Assembly (NCBI GenBank): GCA_000934665.2
Contig: KZ538397.1
Coordinates: 62,001 to 85,697 of the forward strand
Direction: 5' to 3'
From: Catajapyx aquilonaris
Taxonomy: Eukaryota
Length of the DNA: 23,697 bases
In this document: piece by piece, positions 1-10,692 of the stretch
How positions within the stretch are numbered: the stretch's first letter is position 1
Layout: each line of letters starts with the position of its first letter
The notes under the pieces: model-generated
Database searches by the model: none
Seen by the model: the letters and a program-made list of their open reading frames with translations, nothing else
Told to the model about the DNA's origin: nothing
Made by a program: the position numbers and the translations under genes

Positions 1-1250
1 TACACGCAACTCATTTATTATTTCTTCGTTCTGGAAGTGGTACAAAAAGTTTACGCTTCCTGGGCTGTTCGTCAATCATTCAACAGATCGTAATGCTGTG
101 TATCGGGAGATTTCACTGTAGACTTGGATCATTTCGTGACACTGTCACTGACTGCTTACTTCCTACATCATTATGTATATGATGAATGTGCATGTGAATA
201 TTCTCGTTCTGCATAAAATAGCTGCAGTCACACAACTGAGTTATCAGTTATTCGGTGTTTCAGAATTGATCTCAAATACATATAACATATAGAGGAAAAT
301 TTTGCTGGCGGTTGATATACGGATCATGTTGACTCAATTTTGAAATACAAGGTAGGTATATTTTTAAAAAACACGGTGCATGAGAGTGAATATATCTGGG
401 ACCAAACTATAGTTTGGCGGCTTATTTCGGCATGTGCCGCAAAAATATTCATTCGTTACAAGATTATAATCGATTTATTGATGACTCATCAGTAAATATT
501 GTAGGATACAACCGTACTTTGTTAATGTTCATAATGAAAGGTAAATCAAACTATTATGTGTACACTCACCATTGTCATTTAATTGCATTACAGGCTGTAT
601 TGGGAAACTATTATTCCAGTAATGTTAATTAAATCATAATAATAATAATAGTTTCAATTACAGTTCAATAACTGAGCAAATTAATTAATTATTTTCACGT
701 GTTGATACGTTGAGGTATATTGTTGATATTGTGTATGTATTATGTAGATATGCCCTTTTTAAGCCCGTATAATAACCTTTTAGGCTGTTATGAAAATAAC
801 AATATAAAACATGAAAGGATCACAAAAACCGCAGTAAAAATCATAGTGCTCGTACAAACCTGAAGTTTATCACTTCAACTATTAGCCCCATCATTGCTAA
901 ATAATGCCTAATTACTAGACGGATTAGAGGGTTTAATAAATATAACGAATAGAACTACAAATTGACTCTGTGACAAACCAACTTTTCGCGTTCGCTAAAG
1001 ATAAATTTAAATTCCAGCGTAACTCGATTATAATTATTATCTAAAAAAGTAAAATGATAATCAATTACAAAAATTATCTCAGGATAAAGCACAATGACAG
1101 CTTGTACTCTGTGATCATCGGACAGAAAGAAATCAAAACATCAAATACTCGACTATCGATCTCGAATATAGCAGGGGTAGAATACTATTGGAAAAGGGAA
1201 CTAGCAGGGGAAAAAGTCAACATGAAAGGTCGTGAAAAGGTAGTAAAGTG

Positions 1251-1325
1251 GACCCCCGCCGGGAGTCGAACCCGGACCTCGGACTCTCATCATCGCCCGT
1301 GTCCTGCCAATTAGACTACAGGGGT
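1251..1325 (-). pseudogene. tRNA-like cloverleaf with aberrant 10-nt anticodon loop (tRNA pseudogene or SINE head)
   Basis: Minus strand folds as acceptor ACCCCTG/CGGGGGT, TA, D-stem GTCT/GGAC with loop AATTGGCA, A, anticodon stem CGGGC/GTCCG with loop GATGATGAGA, variable AGGT, T-stem CCGGG/CCCGG with loop TTCGACT, discriminator C. A and B boxes are intact and a TTTT run lies about 12 nt downstream. Confidence 0.7.
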
Positions 1326-3840
1326 CATCATATTGGTATTACAAGGTGTCAGATGCTGTGGGTGGAAGTTATATACACATTTTTTCACACATTCCGTTAT
1401 GAGAATTAACGAACAATTTGTCGCTAACTCTGGGCCTAACTTAAATCGATTCGTATTGTCAAGTGATGGAAGTGTCAGTACCTGAATATTATGGCAGTAT
1501 GGATTAATGGCTGGTTTTTTTTGCATTTTCTCTCCCGTAAATCTTAATGTAGGAATCAAGGGAACCTGTGGGATTTCATTGCTGTAATGTCAAAAATGAA
1601 AAGGAAGTACTCCTCAGTGGACCATTTGCACCAGCGTGGACTGCTTATGCATGCATGACCTCTGAGCCGCATTCAGGGTGCCTGACAAATCTAGGAACAT
1701 TTGGTCCCCAGGAGTTAACTTTGTCAATTTCAAAATATATATTTCGTCCACAATGCCCTCTATACATTTTTTTTTGTTACCATAAAGGCTGTTCTTAACA
1801 GTCCAAACCTTTTTTCCCCCTCCTTCCATTCCAGGCGCCCCCAATTACACAAATCCCATAACTTGAGCCATTCAATTTGAAAGAGCACTCAACTCTTGCC
1901 AACTTTCCTCGCAAACTACATAATAATAGTTCAAGTTATGTTTTCACCATTACATTTCCACTAACTGTAAGATTAAAGCAATACCGGTATACGATATCAT
2001 TCCGCTAAAAAATAATCAGAATATAATTTTAACCTTCAAAACATCATTTTATATACAAGTATCATGTACCACCTGAAATAACTGCTAAGAATCTGGAAAA
2101 ATAAGCTGGTATCGAATTACCATAGGAAAATGTTGGACTTATTCTCATCCTCAGTTTACAATCACGATAATGAGCATGTAAGTGTAATTTAGGAGAGAGG
2201 TATTCAGATATTCTTTTTTATATACTTTTTTCACAGGGAAGGTGGGGAAGGCAGGAGTGTTACAAGTTAAGAATAGCCTCGATGGTTTTATGGCGGAAAT
2301 GTCATCTGGCGGCGAAAACTAAGGAAGAGCCTGCCAACCCTCGGTTTTAAGGATACTGTCTACTTTTGACACTTGTGAAGAAAAGTCAAGCAAGCGAAAA
2401 AGAAGGAATGAGATAAAAAAAAGAGAGAAGGATGGCACGAAGGATAAGAGGATCAATGCATGGCAAACACAACGTAGTAGCTATAGGTCACGTCGAGGCA
2501 GCACTGCGACTCCTTTCTGAAGCTCAAAGCTATTAACCTCATACATAACAGCCAACTAATCCTGACATTTCTTTTTACTGTACTATTCGAAGCGTGCATT
2601 TCACAATGTTCAAAATGCGGTTGGTTGTCATATGAACATTAATAACATTGCTGTACGTGATGATGTTACAAATGACTGCATATGCGAATACAATATTCCA
2701 GTTTATAAATCAGGCTTATATTATTCTCACACACTTGACGCAGATATTGCTTCGGCTAAATCCGAGATGATTGATTTGAGATAATATTTCATAACGGTTA
2801 CTATGAGAAATCACTGCATAATCATGAGCAGAAAATGATTTATTCATTAGATCTTGACACCCATATTTTTGATGCATCACAGCTCTGCAGCATATGTATT
2901 TTTACACAGCGCAGCGCAGCGATTGGAATAGGCAACTTTTTCAAAAATTGCGCAATTATAGTAAAATACCACTTATGTTAAAATTACAAGCTAGATTGCT
3001 TCTGTTTATTACGTATAAGTGTATATCCGTTGAGATTGTATCTATAATTTTCATGTCATCTAGCGTGCAATAACCGACTGTCGATATAGCACCATGTCAC
3101 GCAAAAACGTCTGCGTTATCGACGTTCAAAAGACACTGGGTGTCACAATCGCATAAAGCAAGGTGGAGCCATCATCATAATTCCATGTCACAAGACAAAG
3201 AGAAAATATAATCAATGCATCAACAACATTAAGAGATAATGATACCACCTTTTACAGGCTAAAGTACGCGATACGTTTTCTTCAAAAATGTCATGCAATA
3301 TTGTATATAAACTTTATAAATAATTGCTCATTACATCCTGTGTAGCAAATATTGAATTTGTGCTTCGTAAAATTCTGCAGAGTGAATGAAACTCATCCCT
3401 GCAAGGCTGCCATTTTTTATTTTTTTTCTGTCGAGCTCAAACGAGACGATATTGCATTTTTCTGCGCCATACCGACGAAGCTGAGTAACGGCGTCATTGA
3501 TGCCCAATATACTCGGGCGACGTTTCGAAAGTCAATTTTGTCTGACGCCAAGTACCCCCCACACGGTTCCAGGTTTCCCCTAACCTGCCATTGCGCATGT
3601 ATATCTCAAATGTCCGTTGCCATAAGACAGCAATATCGTCGCCAGACCAAAATTGAATGTAGAACCATATTGGACCTTATTAACTAGATAACCTCAATAT
3701 TCATCGCCTCAATATTGAGTTGGGCATATTCCAAGTCATCTTGAGCATTTAAACAGGGTAGCCAAAACTTTTTTTTTTTTTTTTAAAAAAAAGTAGTCAT
3801 GTAGAAACAGTCTGAAATAGCTCATCATCATCCCATGATC

Positions 3841-3865
3841 AATAATAATAATAATAATAATAATG

Positions 3866-3933
<68 letters not shown>
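3841..3933. repeat. (AAT)n microsatellite, about 31 units with one GAT interruption
   Basis: Directly visible; abuts the 3' end of the minus-strand SINE. Confidence 0.98.
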
Positions 3934-4209
3934 TCATACCCCGTTATCAGCCGGCGGCTCTTTAGGGGGGATATTTTTTTTGTTGACTGGAACTCTTTGT
4001 TTCGTTTTTACTGCGCTTTTTGGGATAGGATAGGAAAGGAAGGCGGCGGCTGTGGCCTATTAGTTTAGGAAACAACTCCGGAATTCTCCTGGAGGAACTG
4101 TGGGAAACCACAGAAAACCACGGTTAGAGTTGCCGGCACCGAGATTCGAACCCAGGACCTCCCGATTAGCAGTCGGATACCATATCCCCTCCGCCACCAC
4201 TGCTTCGGC
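3934..4209 (-). mobile_element. tRNA-derived SINE, family A, copy 1
   Basis: Minus strand has an A-box-like TGGCGGAGGGG, anticodon-arm-like TCCGA-CTGCTAA-TCGGG and B box GGTTCGAATC. The body reads GTGGTTTTCTGTGGTTTCCC...TAGGCCACAGCCGCC..TTCCTT. A homologous copy lies at 22547-22795, with 35 bp identical (4143-4177 vs 22730-22764). Confidence 0.85.
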
Positions 4210-4217
4210 CCATAATT

Positions 4218-4455
4218 GATCAAAAGCGGCTAAGTCCATTTTTTGGGGGGGTGTAACACGAATAACTCCAGCAATAATATATTTTCATGTCATTGGGTAT
4301 TAATTGCACATTTTCGTATGTAGCTGAGCCGTGGCAACATATGGACGCAAAAAGTTTCAAGATTGTACCAGTGAAAGTTAAGTATAATCAGCAGTTTTTG
4401 CTCATTTTACGACCCGTTTTTTTTGGACTTAGCCGCCTTTGATCTGAGACCCCTC
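4218..4455. mobile_element. Non-autonomous DNA transposon (MITE), Sola-like termini, AATT target-site duplication
   Basis: Inverted repeats GATCAAAAGCGGCTAAGTCCA (4218-4238) and TGGACTTAGCCGCCTTTGATC (4424-4444), 20/21 match. The right end continues to ...GACCCCTC. AATT flanks both sides (4214-4217, 4456-4459). The superfamily is inferred from GAG..CTC ends plus a 4-bp AT-rich TSD. Confidence 0.65.
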
Positions 4456-5119
4456 AATTATATAGGATAGCAATAGGATATCAGAAAAAAACAATAGCTT
4501 AGACACACGGTTGGAAAATAAAAGAAAGCTCTTCAAATGGTGACACTGCATTCATTTCGTTTCTTTTAACCTCAATAGTAGTTTCAGATCGATGAAGAAC
4601 AGCATTTGCCATAAATGAAAATGGACGCTGTTCAATTGAGTGGCTCTCTGCAATCACCAGGTAATTGATTTCCGATAAGCCCAGGTTGAGCAGTTGCGAC
4701 TTCGTCTGAATATAGATTAGAAATATCATTTTAAGCGCCCAAAATCCACGTTAAGTATCGATTTAAAAAGCTGGGCTAAATTCTCCGCAAATATTATCCA
4801 AAATTTTTAGTTAGAAGGCAACCCTTAAAATAATTTATGGACACCAATTTCCTTGGCTATTGCAAAAAAAAAGAAGCAATCCACTTAGCGATCTCAGGGG
4901 TTAATAAAAGTTTTACTTTGGCAATAAGATCTTGATACGACTGGGGGTGGCTCACACCCAAACGCACTTTTAAAATATTGCAAATGTAGGATCAAGTTTA
5001 ATAATCTAAATGCATTTTATAGCTGAGTGTTTTTCTAGTAATAAAATAGAATCTGGAAAGTTTCCACACGTTCTGTAAAGCTGATTCACATTGGTGTCAT
5101 TTGTATTTGCATTTAAGTC

Positions 5120-5180
5120 GTTGTGGTTGGTTTCCGCCAATCAACGAGGGCCGAGCTGATTGGTGGATCCCAACCACAAC
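5120..5180. repeat. Short inverted repeat/hairpin (24-bp arms, 13-nt spacer)
   Basis: GTTGTGGTTGGTTTCCGCCAATCA (5120-5143) vs TGATTGGTGGATCCCAACCACAAC (5157-5180), 21/24 complementary. Weaker extension to about 5111-5197. Confidence 0.75.
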
Positions 5181-6062
5181 CAGGCAACGGCTAAAATCAC
5201 TTCGAATCCAGTTAAACCGTACACTCGTTTTAAAAATAATTTTTTAGATATATTTATTTTGCAAACTTTTAACTGGCGTATGGAACAGACCATGCATAAA
5301 ATAGTGTGATGAATGAACCTGAACAAAATTGCGTACGACCACGTGCGAAATAATGCATCGATTCATGTGTGCAACAGGTACAGTGTAAAACAAGTAGGTC
5401 TACGGGTCAGTGCTTCACGTGATTTAAGAGGAACCGAATACTGAAAGCACCGCACGTCACTCAACGTCAACAAATGGCAGTCCATACAATGCCCGCAAAA
5501 AAAAATGCCATAAAATACTATTGTTATAATGTATCGGCATGGGAAGAAACTACCTGAAGAAATCATTGTGTCCAAGCTTAAGGCAACCAGTTAGCTTGAC
5601 GCAAACCCAAACGCGATAACTGAGGGCGATAAGGCCCTCGTTGGATGCGGGTTACCATATGCCCTTACAATTTATGCATAACCTTTGTGTCTTATCGTAA
5701 GTAATCGCATTTGAGCATGGATAGTGGGTTAGGATGAAGATAAGGCTGGAGTTGAGCACTGTCATAAGATTAGACGTAGTATACAAGATCGACATTCCTA
5801 GTTTACGTATGTGTGTCCTTGATTATACCCAAACTGTTTCATCTTGCCAGCCAAAAGCATACGGTGCAGCCTGGTTTATTATTTAACGCTCTCTGCAGAA
5901 GCCGTGGCTTAATCTTGGTGCCAAGGTTTTGTGTATTTTTGAATAACATAGTATGGTCTCATGTCTAGAGTAGGTTGGCAAGATGCTTTTTTAGAATGGA
6001 TGTTGTTCAGAAAAAAAATGTTCGTGAAAAATACTCATTTTGATTGGAGGATAATGTCGCGC

Positions 6063-6092
6063 GCTTATGTGAATGGGCTTATGTGAATGGGC
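6063..6092. repeat. Perfect 14-bp tandem duplication
   Basis: GCTTATGTGAATGG x2 plus GC. Confidence 0.9.
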
Positions 6093-6666
6093 CCGGTAGA
6101 GCTTGGCTTTTGAGACATGGGACATGGCCTACCATTGCTTTCAACGGTCAAAAGAGGCTTGGCAGGGGATGGCACGGACATTTGGTGTATTGAAGGGATT
6201 TCTTTTCATGGAGTCAAAAAGCCTCAGTAACGTCTCAAAGTGCTAGATTGCAACAGTGGTCAGGTATGAATGCGGTCGTCTCAAGAGCTTTTATTTTGAA
6301 GGGCTTTGAGGGATTTCAGGGCGAAGGTACTGTAAGCTGTCGAAATATCAGGAAGAAATAATTGACGTAGTTTTTTTTGGAGAGAGTTAAGTATGACATG
6401 ACATTAGCAAAGTAACCTTTACTTCTGGGGCCTTTGATAAGTTGGACGAATAAAGACTTGCCGATAATTCATTACAACTTCATAATTTATTATACAGTAT
6501 TCCTAAATTTATTTCAGTAGTTTAAAAACTCGGAGATTTTGTATCTTTAAAATTTGGTATTAAATGATACTTGTTTAAAAAAAATCGAGGCTTTCAACAC
6601 AACATAGGGCTATACGATGCCCCCTAGAATTTAGCAACTTCGTATATAGTAGACTCGGTTATAATA

Positions 6667-6846
6667 GACTGTAACGCTTTTCTGTAACGCTCGAGTTTGC
6701 CTCCATGCCCCCCCCCCCCATGCGGATCCGAATTTAGCCCTGCCATGGGGCCCCTGGCGGGGCCCCCTGTCAGGGCCTGACTGTAACGCTTTTCTGTAAC
6801 GCTCGAGTTTGCCTGCATGCCCCCCATCTATATGGACCCGATTTTA
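6667..6846. repeat. Direct repeat pair (about 70 bp, period 112 bp) with GC-rich spacer
   Basis: GACTGTAACGCTTTTCTGTAACGCTCGAGTTTGCCT(C/G)CATGCCCCC at 6667 and 6779. Each copy contains an internal CTGTAACGCT doublet. Confidence 0.9.
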
Positions 6847-9209
6847 AAGACGTATTCACGTCAAAAATATTATACAGCACTTCTTGCTTAGGAAAAAGTT
6901 TTACGACCAGGCAGTACAGCGCATAGCTTAAGCAAGGAATACAGTCATGCAGTAAACACCCGTGGCCACATGCTAATAGCCAGTAACGGTTTTTCAGAAG
7001 CGTTTTCAAACTACTATATCATAATTTTAACAATGTCATATTTTCCCATATAAAGTCAAGCGTATAACAACCGCACTCTGGTCAGAAAGTTGGAATAAAT
7101 GTTAACCGCACTGTAACGTAAGTTGAAGTTAATCACTACAAAGTACAGTATTTCGACCTAGGACTTATAAAAACTGTTAGCAGCAGCCTCGTGTAAACGG
7201 ATCATAATACTGTGTAGTTACTGATGATACACAAGCAATTCGACTCTATTAAAGTTCATATTGGCCCACATGTTCGTGGCAAGAAACAGTAAGGAGCCAC
7301 TCTTCCCATCACGTTACATCGAAGTTAAGAACAAACACTTGGCCACAGGTCATCATCGCTCGACTGACCAACGACAACATATCGCTCTGCAGGGTATTGA
7401 CGCGAGAGTCCACAACCGGGTGAGACAATCATGACCTTAACGCTTACTCCACGCTTCTTGGCGACACACCCGACTACAATTAGACGGATTTAGAAACCGA
7501 GATGTATTTTGGGACGGGGAAAATATGTTATTTCGTCACAGGTTTGCTCCTAAGCTACATACTGGGGAAAAAAACCTGGTTGTGAGTCTGCATAATGTGT
7601 ACTAATTAACTTTTTATATTTCTGGCACTAACAATTGGGAATCAAATTAATGGCCGGATTCACACATTATGTCCTACGTCATCTAACAACCTTCCTTTAC
7701 ATACAGTATGCATAATATTTTGTTTTGATCCGCGTTGCGCAAATTATAGGTAAAGATGAAAAGCTGAATCCTGCGCGTGCTTCTAAAGTTCGGCAAACTA
7801 TTGATTTAATCGGATTAGTGTGTTCTGCATGGAGAAAAAAAAAATGCCAAACTTTAGCTATCGATTATAGTATCTGGAAAACTGCGACTTACTCCAAGAT
7901 ATATATTTAAAAAATTCTCCCCCCGAATAATGCGTTGAAAATAATACTTTCGATAACTTGAGATTGATAGTTTGTTCCACACTACATTTGGTGTGCATTA
8001 GTTGATCGATGAGCCGAATCGCGATTGAGATGAGTGTATCAACACGCTAATGAAACGGAAAGTGCGGTTTGAAAAATTAGAGCTGGGGGGCATGGTAATC
8101 AATTATGGAGGGTTTTTTGGTAATGTGCTTGGTAAAGGAGGATGTTGGGTTGATTGCGTTTCTTGCATGTACTGTTTGCTCCGTACATTTTGGAGAGAGG
8201 TGGACTAGTTTGGACGGATGACTGGACGTTCAATAAGTTATTGGTCTGCACATTCATTTGACTGGGGAGTAGCAGCAGAGAGCCCAACTTTTCATTACTG
8301 GCATACCAAAAGGCATCATTATACTGCATGCTGCTGGAAATTAGCTGCAATATGCGCTGCAACCAAGCATACCTTTTCAGCTCTGTGATTGCAATATGTA
8401 GCCGATAGTCTAAATCGAATAAATCCGAAAATATTTTCGAGATAATTCATCCTAAATTGAACTTGTATAATGCTAATGAAAACAGAAAATCCGGGCGTGC
8501 TGGCTCCTTATGAATATTTTATTTTTGTCAATGCCCACTATATGATCAGACGTTGCATTCGGAAACTCTCCACGATTCGAAACACAAGTCGTGAATGGAT
8601 TCATTCGTAGATTCCAGTGATTTGTTCCGAAGTACAGTGTTTAAAAGAGCGTTCCTTGATTGCACTTTCTTTTTAGGTTGCCTTATTGTTATTCTGGGGA
8701 GCAGCCAGGAAAAGGACTTGGTCTGATTTCTTTTCTTCGCTTGCCTGCATCGTCAACTGTCCTCGAATGCCATCTCGAGTTCTTAAATGCTGCAATAGGG
8801 TGAGGCGAAAAGTCGACCTTTACAGATTCGGTGCTGTGAGAAAAGTTCGCATAAAAATATTATTCTTGGTATAAAAATCTAAAGAACGAATAATTGTACA
8901 AACAATGGGAGCCAGATGTCACTGTGAAAGTCCAGTTAAAGATGACAGAATTTAGACTGTTCCTTCTCCGCTCGATTTATTTTCTTTCATGCTAGCAATA
9001 ACTTTTTATCATTCTGTGGATTACAGGCTATACGTACATACTATGCAATTGACGTTCGATAATTATCACACGCTATTTTCTAACGTTAAAAACTATGTAA
9101 ATAAACTCAGATTCACTCTATATATTCAGCATATATGCAATAATAGGAACTGGTTATCCTGAGATTTGATTGTATATGTTTTTAAGGGATCCTCCTTGAA
9201 ACATCCGAC

Positions 9210-9389
9210 TTTATTGCTTCGCTGCAGCTGGATTTCGGACGGTGGGAGGAAACGAGAGGGCCCCGAGAAAACCCACGGCAACATGCAGATAACCCATTAA
9301 AATTATTTCCACATCAGAAATTCCTCTGTACGATCTAGGGATCAAACTCAGGACCTTAGAGGTGCCTCACTTCACAACCATGCTGCCCC
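9210..9389 (-). mobile_element. Decayed tRNA-derived SINE, family B, with V/Meta-domain-like core
   Basis: Minus strand has a degenerate B box (GGTCCTGAGTTTGATCCC), then CGTGGGTTTTCTCGGGGCCCTCTCGTTTCCTCCCACC (9241-9277). That segment resembles the GGGTTTTCTCCGGGTACTCCGGTTTCCTCCCAC motif of V-/Meta-SINE central domains (recalled, not aligned). AATAAA lies near the 3' end. Confidence 0.65.
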
Positions 9390-10585
9390 TTCAGAAATGC
9401 TTAATTTCGTACCGTTAGTTAGTGGGATGCCTTGTATTCGTAGCATACCATCTGCATTCCGAACAAGTTTCAAAGGGTTGCCTACTCATTACCGCTTGGA
9501 CTCCCACTATAATATTCCTGTCACCATTCAGCAGAAACACTGAGCACCACACAACCAACATCCAACATTCTCCAGATATTGCCAATTTGAGCTCCAGTTA
9601 CAAACTGCTTGAACTTGTAGCAGTCTCATAGCTTATGTGCTCCACAGTCCAGATCAAATCATTACACTCGGGTTTGTCCCAGTACTATCTACTGGTTACG
9701 TTTCGATAGAGCGAAACTATAGTGGAACGGGAAGCAAATCATAATAACAATCCCGGTCCGTTGCCTCCCTCGATTGTGCTCCGAGAAAATCAATGCCTGC
9801 TGCTGCTGCCAGGAGTGTAACCGTCAGCACTTTTCGGATGCCAAAATGATCCGAATCAACATTTGCACATGGACTTACGTTTTTTTTTTTTGGTTTTTTT
9901 CAAATTCGGAATAATTGGCCGAATCGAACCGTGTACACAAACTGTGCGTACCTTTGTGACTTCCTTGGTGGGACTCATCTGTCCAGATGTACGGGATAAA
10001 CACGCGCGCACAGGGGCCACCTGCTGAGTTAGATGTGGGCTAGATGTCTATGAGGCGCCGGCCTGGTCCCCGCTGCCACATGACGGTCGCGATCCTCCAG
10101 GAAACCGCGTGTGCCACGCACCTCCGCCCATACTCTACGTGTTTATATCTATCTGTCCCCTGGTGATCGTGGGATGGAGTAATGGTGAAAGGGAGGGAGT
10201 CATGGACGGAAGGGACAGAGGGTGTAACACTACGCCGGCGCGACTATTGCAACCTGGATGCTCCCATCCTGGGCTCTCCCACTTCCACAACGGTCAAGCT
10301 AAGTGTTCACTCGATCCTGGATGCTTGCTTGGCTATCTCATAGATCCCACCCCCACCCCTCTGCTTCCCCTAGGCTGCTCTGACATTCTTTGCGCCACCG
10401 CGCAGCCTCCACTCCCGCCATGTTCCCTTCCCTCCCTAACGGATCTGGATCTTGGGCCATGCACACCTACGGTACGTTTACACTCCAGCCCACACATGTG
10501 AGCCACGAGTGTACGCTAAGATACCACCAAATCTACCCCGCTCCACCTTAGATTTTTTTTAACGTATTTTCTTTTGCAGGGGGCT

Positions 10586-10613
10586 GCTCCTTGGCAACGG
10601 TTGTCATGGTAAC
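10586..10613. promoter_or_regulatory. Tandem RFX X-box-like sites
   Basis: GTTGTCATGGTAAC (10600-10613) is a near-palindromic X-box match. It is immediately preceded by GCTCCTTGGCAAC (10586-10598) and lies in a GC-richer island. Motif match only. Confidence 0.5.
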
Positions 10614-10650
10614 GAGGGCGGGCATCAACGCCATTGGAGCGAGCGAATGA

Positions 10651-10692
10651 GGGGGAAGGAGGGAGATGGGGAATGCGGGGGAGTTCCGGGGG
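10651..10692 (+). other. Potential G-quadruplex-forming sequence (five G-tracts)
   Basis: GGGGG-AAGGA-GGG-AGAT-GGGG-AATGC-GGGGG-AGTTCC-GGGGG fits the G3+N1-7 pattern. Confidence 0.6.

Noticed and set aside
1603..1725. Weak inverted repeat (CTCCT..GGACCA / TGGTCC..AGGAG)
   Set aside because: Too degenerate to support an element call.
3835..4068. Poly-Asn ORF (and the poly-Ile ORF at 20446-20739)
   Set aside because: These are translations of (AAT)n microsatellites and adjacent repeat sequence.
8052..8064. IRF/ISRE-like motif GAAACGGAAAGTG
   Set aside because: A single short motif without supporting context; expected by chance in 24 kb.
8090..8362. Faint LTR-retrotransposon-like peptides on the minus strand (MMPFGM; STC..PLPSTLPK)
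   Set aside because: The motifs are in different frames, too short, and spaced too closely for RT and integrase; they cannot be distinguished from chance without tblastn.
9449..9560. Minus-strand signal-peptide-like reading MLVVWCSVFLL... ending at a GTATGC donor
   Set aside because: Its phase is incompatible with the next candidate exon and I recognise no homology.
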